A DNA stretch of 60,952 bases from Eubacteriales bacterium (GTDB taxonomy: Bacteria; Bacillota; Clostridia; Oscillospirales; CAG-272). The stretch covers positions 1-60,952 of the forward strand of contig JAZNZB010000040.1 in the NCBI GenBank assembly GCA_045594705.1. Reading direction: 5' to 3'. Made by a program: the position numbers and the translations under genes. A model generated the notes under the pieces. The model did not search any database. It was not told the origin of the DNA and worked only from the letters and a program-made list of their open reading frames with translations. This document shows, one piece after another, positions 57,101-60,952 of this stretch. The stretch's first letter is position 1, and every line of letters begins with the position of its first letter.

Positions 57101-58227
57101 GCATTGCTGTAGCCCACCACGCCGCCGACATTGGAAGTGCCGCTGACCGAGCCGGTGTTGTAGCTGTCCTGCACAGTGCTGCTACCATTCAAGCCAACCA
57201 CACCGCCGACAGAGTCCTCTCCGCTGACCGTACCGGTGTTGTAGCTGCTCTGCACGGTGCCGGCATTGCTGTAGCCCACCACGCCGCTGACATTGTAAGC
57301 GCCGCTGACCGTGCCGGTATTGTGGCTGTCCTGCACGGTGCCGGCATCGCTGTAGCCCACCACACCGCCGACATCGTGAGTGCCGCTGACCGTGCCGATA
57401 TTGTGGCTGTCCTGCACGGTACCGGCATCGCTGTAGCCCACCACACCGCCGACCTCGAACTCACCGCTGACCGTACCGGTGTTGTAGCAGTTCTCTACGT
57501 TTCCAAAGTTGCTGCCCACCACACCGCCGACATCGCACTCACCTTTGATCAGGGAAGCATCCACGTGCACGTTTTTTACAGTGCCGCTATTGTAGCCAAA
57601 CAAGCCTTGGCTATTATCACTTCCGTTGATATAAATGCCGCTGACCGTGTATTCGCCGCCATCAAACGTGCCGTTAAACGGAAAATTCTCGTTGCCGATG
57701 GGTGTCCAGGGGCGAACGTAGGTGTCCAGCAGTGCTTGGACAGCTGCTGTATTTTCAGTGTCGGTCTCGTCAAACGCCACGTAGCCGCTCTCGGTCTTGA
57801 CGTAGAACGCGCCTGCCGTCGTGCCGCCAACGCCCGTACCGATGGCATAGGTGTCATCCAAGGAGTGACCCCAGCCCCATACGTACTTGTGATCATTGGT
57901 TACGTTTTGCAGAATGGGAGAGATCTCAATATCATCGGTCAGTACTCCGTTGATATCGGAGTTCCCGCCGTTGACCTGCGCCGCAAACCAGTAAAGCTGG
58001 CCTGCGTTGCCGATCTCGTAATAGCCTTCTGCGTTCAAGGTCGCGGGCTCGTAGGCATTGCACTCCGTGCAAATGCCGTTTTCATACGTGCCCGTGCAAT
58101 TCGCCGTGGATGCACAAGCGTCGCCGTCTGCCGCAGATGCAGCAAACGCAAGCGTGCCGATCATAGCGATCAGCAGCACGGCAGAAAGCAGAATGCCCGT
58201 TAAAATTCTTGCGTTGGTTTTTTTCAT
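45145..58227 (-). CDS. giant (4360 aa) modular surface protein: 8 GLUG/beta-helix modules, MBG/Ig-like stalk, Cys/His repeats, PEEVTT linker, GC-TM-KKK anchor
   Basis: Signal peptide, eight 'I.NAG.LYWF' modules with 'VGGVVG.N.GTV.NCYN.G' repeats, 'AG.YTVYYRV' domains, 'PTCTE.G...C..CG' repeats; GGAGG RBS. Confidence 0.9.
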   Translation of the reverse strand: MKKTNARILTGILLSAVLLIAMIGTLAFAASAADGDACASTANCTGTYENGICTECNAYEPATLNAEGYYEIGNAGQLYWFAAQVNGGNSDINGVLTDDIEISPILQNVTNDHKYVWGWGHSLDDTYAIGTGVGGTTAGAFYVKTESGYVAFDETDTENTAAVQALLDTYVRPWTPIGNENFPFNGTFDGGEYTVSGIYINGSDNSQGLFGYNSGTVKNVHVDASLIKGECDVGGVVGSNFGNVENCYNTGTVSGEFEVGGVVGYSDAGTVQDSHNIGTVSGTHDVGGVVGYSDAGTVQDSHNTGTVSGAYNVSGVVGYSNAGTVQSSYNTGTVSGEDSVGGVVGLNGSSTVQDSYNTGSVSGTSNVGGVVGYSNAGTVRDSYNTGTVSGTYYVGGVEGYSHADTVQSSYNTGTVSGEDSVGGVVGIIGDESNGVVESCYYLSDSETDEIDGTTAKTAAEFASGEVAYLLGAAFGQTLGESGDQSPVLVTENNKVFRNIVGGCTESTFTYEYSNTENEPNYTHAAFDENGFCSDCGNGYESAVYNEQKNYYEISNAGMLYWFMEYVNAGTQIAGTDTIYNISDDVYSYEANAVLTADIVVNEGVLAEMSKETPDVSGFRAWFPIGYGYDRNGDGEYEIVYYEGTFDGQGHTVSGLYFNNTEQSYVGLFGRTRNGAIIRNVGVIDAYFQAGNYVGGVVGYNMASVQNCYNEGSVGGKSYVGGVVGYNYDNNVVENCYNEGSVSGTGYVGGVVGSNAGTILNCYNEGSVGDKSYVGGVVGYNEGTVENCYNEGSVSGTSYVGGVTGFHYGSVANCFNTGSVSGNSDVGGVVGYDRGGTVENCYYLSDTETDEIDGTTAMTAAQFASGEVTWLLNGGTNYVNSQNAIWRQTYGEDTLPGFDGLVVYRSGTCSESVYSNVKLPLVCDFEVEGNDANGFCSCGRYQEAPLTPDKYDLDGDGVKDKAFEISNAGQLYWFAQAMGDPIYQEYNNDNAVLIADIVINEDVLAEMAKDSPNVGDFRVWTPIGSYDHPYNGTFDGQGHTVSGLYYSDATASNVGLFGQTGADATVKNVGMIDSYIHAKDIVGGVVGHNDGTVENCCNVGVVNGIQYVGGVVGHNDGTVQHCYNTCSVSGNQDVGGVVGVNEGGVEHSYNIGDVTATGDGARNIGGVAGYHRGTLLSCYNTGSVSGTATDIGNVIGYLFETANVQNCYYLSDTETDEINGTFAKTAAQFASGEVAYFLQGEQPEHFWGQTVGKDQSPTLGGDKVYLIEAGCPNLQPLYSNNESAKGGEHDFAFNGFCICGAYQPAVLNEKGYYEIFNAGQLYWFARLVNIDGVTDANAILMDHIDLENRVWYPIGLYNDIAEANGSPVQKQYAGIFDGNNHTVSNFTAIGNGSQGLFGYCNESQTQIKNLGVINATVSGWNAGAVAGYCANLTNCYAIGCTITGASDTNTGAVTISSVGGNNGNSVIDNCWAYDCELIVGEGETSFVMHPVGGIRASNGSTSNVKNCYYGEIVTNAAYTSTTGAVEKTKAQFASGEVAYLLGEGFGQTLGEDGDALPVFATEDNIVYRNITGGCTEETYIYEYSNTEEDDVFSHILYQNGFCTECDAFQPADLVDGVYQIGNAGQLYWFAEYVNAGNTSANAVLTEDIVVNEGVLEEMANPSPDVSTFRAWFPIGYIYDRDGDGEDEDVYYRGTFDGNGHTVSGLYFNNAHQSYVGLFGKIDANATVKKVGVIDSYFYGYDYVSGVVGSNAGTVQNCYNTGTVSGGWYVGGVVGSNSDTVENCYNTGTVSGNIYVGGVVGSNAGTVQNCYNTGTVTGNSCVGGVIGCNSDIMQNCYNTGTVNGDSYVGGVVGSSDGTVENCHNTGAVSGNSNVGVVVGYNDGTVKECYYLADSNTETDEIVDTFAMTAAQFASGEVAYMLGGAFGQTIGTDAYPVFANGENTVYRGYASCGDAEMSCANVPLPSELAHDYQNGFCTECDAYEIPVYNEEKRYYEISNAGQLYWFMEFVNGGEIDFSAVLTADIVVNEGVLEEMANPSPDVSRFREWFPIGYFYDRDGVDREEDVSYEGTFDGQGHTISGLYLYNDVQDGVGLFGKIDANATVKNVGVIDSYLDASGSVGGVVGVNFGTVENCYNAGVVFGYSFTGGVVGENWGTVQNCYNVGNVGSGSGIGGVVGHNRSGVVDSMDISGTVENCYNVGMVNGNSDVGGVVGLNSGTVKNCYYLDTCGAAGEGTSVTAAQFASGEVAYLLQGEQTEQIWGQTLNFNRNPVLGGAKVYVWDASCRAGEQTAYSNTEITEPTPEHVYANGFCLGCDGYESATLTTDKYDLDGDEVYDEVYEISNAGMLYWFMEYVNAGNTSANAVLTADIVVNENVLGADDNPTSFAFRAWFPIGEQDVYYRGTFDGQGHTVSGLYFYSETQERVGLFGQINRATVKNVGVIDSFFWSNEKVGSVVGYNNGGIVQNCYNTGKVLGARGVGGVVGYNNTSGAIVENCYNTGKVVDGDNVGGVVGSNNGGIVQNCYNVGTVYGTGGVGGVVGLNSGSGTVKNCYYLDTCGAAGEGISKTAAQFASGEVAFLLGEGFGQTIGTDTYPVFANGENTVYKGYKACTDTEMTYANVELYATIEELHVFGEQSNGFCEACDAYEPAVYNQEKGYYEISNAGMLYWFMEYINAGNEGENAVLTRDIVVNENVLASDGSLNEGTYREWFPIGYFYDRDGDESYENVYYEGTFDGQGHTLSGLYFNNPLQNYVGLFGQIESGAIIRNVGVIDSYFNAVACVGGVVAHHRGLAENCYNVGTVYGTGDVGGVVGNNYGNVENCYYLSDTETDAFDGTTAKTWAQFNSGEVAYLLGEAFGQKIGTDAYPVFATEDNKVYGGFATCVAMIKSYSNDPDALAPTQLVKHTWVYSAEGGVLSATCAHNEDHKIIYTLVAPEELTFDYTEKAVTLNTVIIYEGTYQNLPEAPEIAYVGDRTNAGTFVAFLEMDGVKAELSVTITPKPLDLSNVTIHWEGKEDAKSEYVYTGNAIEPAVTVMDGDLTLTLGVDYTVEYSGNINASELNEAMIIITFIGNYSDGVNEYFTIAKAPAEWTEPVKNDLLYYNGEAQAFGEAGYSEHGTVLYRLGEDGEWTEEVPMLTEAGEYWIWYKLVGDQNHLGSDEYPLLVTVMKAIPNVQAPQPNEGLVYSGEVQEPVSEAVTDFGTVEYSLDGENWSPTLPGVRDAGTYTVYYRVIGDANVKDVAAQSVTVRIAKAAPEVTPPTATPGLIYIGAPSSLIGTYGHTTGGTLQYRLGEDGEWTTDALYATDAGTYTVYYRVVGNENYLDDAGGSFEAAIAKERPSLTSPDPLNPIYNGSEQALVSAGSSEHGTMEYSLDGENWSNEIPMATNAGSYTVYYRLKGDKNHSDTDPEMLPASIGRAMPSLVFAGSAEMIYNGQAYVLFEAVATGGTLQYRLGEDGEWSTTSPTATNAGDYSVYYRVLGDENYYDVAAIEVMTMIAPKSLTLIAEDQTVEQYATIPTLTWRAEGLVEGDELVEAPLLSVSWNEGDLGEFEIVIWGGSASDNYVIDAYVHGTLTVFEHVTHVPVILEGEDATCTESGLTEGSYCELCREILIAQEEIPANGHDYESVVTTEPTCTEDGHWSCTCPVCGDSYEEDIAALGHDYESVITEPTCTENGYTTYTCSVCGESYDDDYTDPLGHDYESVITEPTCTENGYTTYTCTVCGDSYVDDEVDALGHSYNDGVITTEPTCTEKGVKTFTCAVCGHSYTEAIEALGHSYEAVVTAPTCTEGGYTTYTCTVCDDSYVDDETDALGHTEVIDEAVAPTCTEKGKTEGKHCEVCGEVLVAQTDIPALGHSYGDDAVCDVCGQEQDTACEHAETVTVPGYAATCTTTGLTEGVKCEACNEMLTVQTVIPALGHSYNDGVITTEPTCTEEGVKTYTCESCGKTYTEAIEALGHTEVIDEAVAPTCTEKGKTEGKHCEVCGEVLIAQTEIAALGHSYGEGVVTTEPTCTEKGVKTFTCTVCGHSYTQEIEALGHTEVIDEAVAPTCTEKGKTEGKHCEVCGEVLIAQTEIPAPGHSYGDDAVCDVCGQEQDATCEHAETVTVPGYAATCTTTGLTEGVKCEACNEMLTVQTVIPALGHSYGEGVITTEPTCTEKGVKTFTCTVCGHSYTQEIEATGHTEVIDAAVAPTCTEKGKTEGKHCEVCGEVLIAQTEIAALGHSFGDWVTTKQPTATEDGCREKTCSVCGEKITEIIPATGEETSTPEEVTTPEEVTTPEEVTTSEEVTTPEEVTTPEEVTTPEESVTPEDTTAPEEVTVPEQTTPEQNTPEQTEPEQQTGCKAAERSVAVLIMMAMLSVAIVFGKKKIF
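45301..45478 (-). repeat. 18-bp tandem repeat encoding (PEEVTT)n
   Basis: About 9-10 degenerate copies of GTCACCTCTTCGGG(A/G)GT(A/G). Confidence 0.85.
45590..47500 (-). repeat. near-identical intragenic duplications encoding Cys/His-rich repeats
   Basis: 'GHTEVID.AVAPTCTEKGKTEGKHCEVCGEVL.AQT' four times and 'CEHAETVTVPGYAATCTTTGLTEGVKCEAC' twice, with very high DNA identity. Confidence 0.85.
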
Positions 58228-58318
58228 GTTTGTTCCTCCGGAATCAGGATTGCGGCCTTGCCGCGTTTTGATAAGCAGTATCTGTTCTCTTCATTCTATT
58301 CTATATATAAGGGGCACG

Positions 58319-58693
58319 CTACTCGCGTTTGACCACGATGCGCTCCGCGCTCCGCGCTGCGCTTCGCGCTTCGCACTCGCACAGCCCAATCCAGTCCTCG
58401 CCGCGCTTGTAATGTGCGCATTCGCTGCAGGTGCTGTCCTGGGTGCGCCTTGCCCGACTCTTGAAGTGATCGCAGGCGTCCTGGATCTCGGTGGCATAGG
58501 GCATGCCCTCGTCTGTATATCTCGGATTTTCCCGAAAATCGGGGTAAATGGGGATCGGCCTACACAGGGGATTGTGTCTGTCTCTCTCCTCGTAATAGCC
58601 GTATCGCAGCGTAAACGTATTGCCAAAGACCTTTATTTCCTTGTAAAGGTCTCCTTCGTTTGGAATGATCGGAAGGTTTCGGATGTCGTTCAC
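58319..58693 (-). CDS. small Cys-rich hypothetical protein (possible Zn or Fe-S binding)
   Basis: GTG start behind GAAAGGAG; 'LRYGYYEE', 'YPDF', 'QDACDHF', 'CSEC', 'IGLCEC'. Confidence 0.75.
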   Translation of the reverse strand: MNDIRNLPIIPNEGDLYKEIKVFGNTFTLRYGYYEERDRHNPLCRPIPIYPDFRENPRYTDEGMPYATEIQDACDHFKSRARRTQDSTCSECAHYKRGEDWIGLCECEARSAARSAERIVVKRE

Positions 58694-58858
58694 GTTGGCT
58701 CCTTTCGGGCGCAAAAAAAGCGCCATCATTTTCATTATATAAATGATAGCACTTTTTCTTTATTTTGTTTATTACCCGCAAAGGGTTTTTTGGGCTATTT
58801 TTTTCGCGATCACGCGTCACAGAGCATATCCGTCGGGGGCGAATAGAGATATATTTTC

Positions 58859-60094
58859 TCAGAGAATGGCCGCAAATTCGCTACGCGGCATTCCGCTTTT
58901 TTCCATGGTGATGCGAATAGCCTGCTTGACTGCGGGCAAAGACATATTCAGCTTTGCCGCAATTTCGGGGTTGGTCATGCCAAAAGCCGCCAACTTTGCC
59001 ACCTCTCTCTCCTTAACGGTCAGGGTGGTGATGATCTTTTTGCCGCGGATGGCACCCGAAAGATGTGACCAGCCCTCATTATATACCTTATACAGCTTTT
59101 TGACCTCTGCCCACGCCGCCGGATCGATCTCGGACAGTCTGCGCTCGATCAAGGTATCCAACGCGCGGCAATACTCTGCCAGCAGGCCATACAGCCTGTC
59201 CGGTAGCGCTAACGCGATCGCGCGATCAATATGGCGGATTGCTGCAGCATCGTTTCCGCTGTTGTGATACACAGCGGCACAGGTCATGCGCAGATAGATC
59301 TCGGACATGACGGTATTTCGCTCATTTGCCCAGCAGATCAGCGGCTCGATGGTATTGGGCACCATACTCATCAGCGAAAGGCCCTGCACGCCCTCCACCT
59401 TCACAATACCCGTGGCTACCCCGTAGCCCGATGCATACAGATATTTGGCATAATACACCTTTGCAGCGGGATACGCGTCCTTATGCAAAGGATCAAAGCA
59501 GCCCATTTTGAACCATTCAGGGAAGTTTTCCACGTTATATATCATAATATCCACCGCACTGATGGCAAGCAGCATGACGTCGCGGTCGTAGTCGTTTTGC
59601 GCGGGTGCCTCGGCGATGTGGATCTTTGCCTTGCGCCACATGACAATATCGCCCTTCCAAATGGCACACATGGCAAGCAGCATGCCTGCGCCTATCACCG
59701 CATAAAACCCCGAATGCTTGGAAAGCAGGTATTTCGCGCTTTCATACACCTTATCGATCTCACCGCGTGAATACGCCACCTCTGCCTCAAAAAGCACGCG
59801 CGCCTCGTGATGATACGAAAGGCTCTCACCTACCGCGTCCGCCGTGCCGGGTGTGTGATACAGATCCGACATATACAAAAAGGGTGTTCTGCGCGGCAGC
59901 GGCAGATCTGCCTCGGTCATGTTTCTGGCTGCACGCGTTCTGCCATCTACCGGACGCACAGCATCACCGGGGATCATCCAGGAGCGTCCGAAGCGTTTTG
60001 CACCCTCCACTCTTCCCTCTGCGCATAAAAGCTGTACCGATCTCTCGGAAAGCCCCCATTTTTTTGCAATTTCCTGTATTTTTACGTATTCCAT
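58859..60094 (-). CDS. transcriptional regulator with an N-terminal excisionase-like HTH and C-terminal LuxR HTH
   Basis: 'EIAKKWGLSERSVQLLCAEGRVEGAKRFGRSWMIP', helical TPR-like middle, 'LTVKEREVAKLAAFGMTNPEIA'; GAAAGGA RBS before ATG 60094. Confidence 0.88.
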   Translation of the reverse strand: MEYVKIQEIAKKWGLSERSVQLLCAEGRVEGAKRFGRSWMIPGDAVRPVDGRTRAARNMTEADLPLPRRTPFLYMSDLYHTPGTADAVGESLSYHHEARVLFEAEVAYSRGEIDKVYESAKYLLSKHSGFYAVIGAGMLLAMCAIWKGDIVMWRKAKIHIAEAPAQNDYDRDVMLLAISAVDIMIYNVENFPEWFKMGCFDPLHKDAYPAAKVYYAKYLYASGYGVATGIVKVEGVQGLSLMSMVPNTIEPLICWANERNTVMSEIYLRMTCAAVYHNSGNDAAAIRHIDRAIALALPDRLYGLLAEYCRALDTLIERRLSEIDPAAWAEVKKLYKVYNEGWSHLSGAIRGKKIITTLTVKEREVAKLAAFGMTNPEIAAKLNMSLPAVKQAIRITMEKSGMPRSEFAAIL

Positions 60095-60131
60095 AGCGTT
60101 CCTTTCGCTCATTCGCAAGGTCAGTTTGCGC

Positions 60132-60197
60132 TTATCCGAAATGTATATCTTACGTTTATCCGAAATCTATTATACACCGAGGACCATTTTTTGTCAA
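60132..60197 (-). promoter_or_regulatory. consensus sigma-A promoter with tandem direct-repeat operator
   Basis: TTGACA-17bp-TATAAT (60169-60197); TTATCCGAAAT at 60132-60142 and 60156-60166. Confidence 0.72.
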
Positions 60198-60225
60198 GGG
60201 GCGGGCAAAAATCCTCGAAAAATTG

Positions 60226-60255
60226 TTGACGGTGCCCCACAAGTCATGCTATAAT
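60226..60255 (+). promoter_or_regulatory. sigma-A promoter
   Basis: TTGACG-18bp-TATAAT with TG extension. Confidence 0.6.
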
Positions 60256-60284
60256 ATGATCATCAATCGAAAGGAGTTTTTTCC

Positions 60285-60761
60285 ATGGCTAAATCCAAAA
60301 AGAAATCCTCTAACTCTTCCTTGATCACCTCGATTTTGTACATCGTGATCGGTATTCTGCTGCTGGTCTTCCCCGGTGAGGCTCTCAACATCGCCATGAC
60401 CATTGCGGGCATCGTGTTCGTCGTTTCGGGTATTCTTGAGCTGATCAAGAAGAACATCGGCGGCGGTATCGTCAGCCTGATCATCGGCGTTGCCATCTTA
60501 GTCGTCGGCTGGGTTCTGACCGACATCGTCATGCTCGTGCTGGGTATTCTGATCGCCATCAAGGGCATCATTGCGCTGGTACAGGCACTCACGCAGAAAA
60601 AGAAGAAGGCACTCGCTATCCTCTTCCCCATTCTGACCATCGTGGTTGGCCTGCTGCTTGCCTTTGCATGGGGCAGCATTGCACACATCATCATGATCGT
60701 GGGCGGCATTTTGCTGATCGTCAGCGGCGTGCTCGGCCTTGTCGGTGCACTGAAGAAGTAA
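60285..60761 (+). CDS. DUF308/HdeD-like membrane protein
   Basis: Repeated 'IVIGILLL..P', 'GI.....GI..L' hydrophobic hairpins; AAAGGAG RBS. Confidence 0.82.
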   Translation: MAKSKKKSSNSSLITSILYIVIGILLLVFPGEALNIAMTIAGIVFVVSGILELIKKNIGGGIVSLIIGVAILVVGWVLTDIVMLVLGILIAIKGIIALVQALTQKKKKALAILFPILTIVVGLLLAFAWGSIAHIIMIVGGILLIVSGVLGLVGALKK

Positions 60762-60789
60762 AAAAGTTGCGGAAAACTCCGCGCAAAAT

Positions 60790-60826
60790 AAGGACTGTAT
60801 CCCACGGATGCAGTCCTTTGTTTTTT
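60790..60826 (+). terminator. intrinsic terminator
   Basis: AAGGACTGTATCC/GGATGCAGTCCTT stem followed by TGTTTTTT. Confidence 0.75.
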
Positions 60827-60862
60827 ATGAAAAGCCTTGTTTACCACCACAGGTTTGCATTT

Positions 60863-60952
60863 GCAGGGGACGGCGCCCTCGACGTCCCGCCCTGCTGCAA
60901 CTTGCTATTTTGTATGTCATAGTTACGTTTTGCCCGAGCGGGACGTCGAGGG
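60863..60952. repeat. second REPIN-like element (cut by the window end)
   Basis: Left arm identical to 19911-19937; inverted arm CGGGACGTCGAGGG runs to the window edge. Confidence 0.8.

Noticed and set aside
55700-57560. Regular 66-bp repeats resembling a CRISPR array
   Set aside because: They are in-frame, degenerate at wobble positions and encode beta-helix coils; there are no unique spacers and no cas genes
45589-58203. Several 300-1300 aa plus-strand ORFs with repeats
   Set aside because: Mirror frames of the repetitive giant minus-strand gene

Overview
A 61-kb chromosomal segment of a moderately GC-rich Clostridia-like (Bacillota) gut- or rumen-type anaerobe. The taxonomy is inferred from sigma-A promoters, GGAGG ribosome-binding sites, lipoproteins and gene content. 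From left to right it holds: (1) a minus-strand starch/galactan locus with an ABC transporter whose binding protein carries an extra CBM-like domain, plus lipoprotein GH13 amylase, GH53 galactanase and pullulanase; (2) a SHOCT/zinc-ribbon membrane protein; (3) an ORF-free interval with two divergent promoter-to-terminator units, one a structured RNA of about 385 nt and one an sRNA of about 60 nt; (4) an internally deleted, frameshifted spore collagen-like gene; (5) a TetR-associated 7-gene redox operon. Three of that operon's products resemble tetrapyrrole-handling proteins: a ferredoxin-dependent bilin reductase fold, a BciA-like SDR and a PCP_red-like domain. This operon is the best candidate for an undescribed system, possibly gut chlorophyll or bilin catabolism. 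The window continues with: (6) REPIN hairpins; (7) a Crp/Fnr, CoA-disulfide reductase, rhodanese and thioredoxin sulfur cluster; (8) an MFS-GH38-GH3-GH78-GDPD glycan locus; (9) a LamG surface protein; (10) xylAB with AraC; (11) pepO; and (12) a three-gene module of an HTH-LuxR regulator, a small Cys-rich protein and a 4360-aa modular GLUG/MBG surface protein. Both large surface proteins end in a shared Gly-Cys/TM/Lys tail instead of LPxTG. No rRNA, tRNA, CRISPR array or transposase was seen. All family assignments come from motif recognition by eye, not from database searches.
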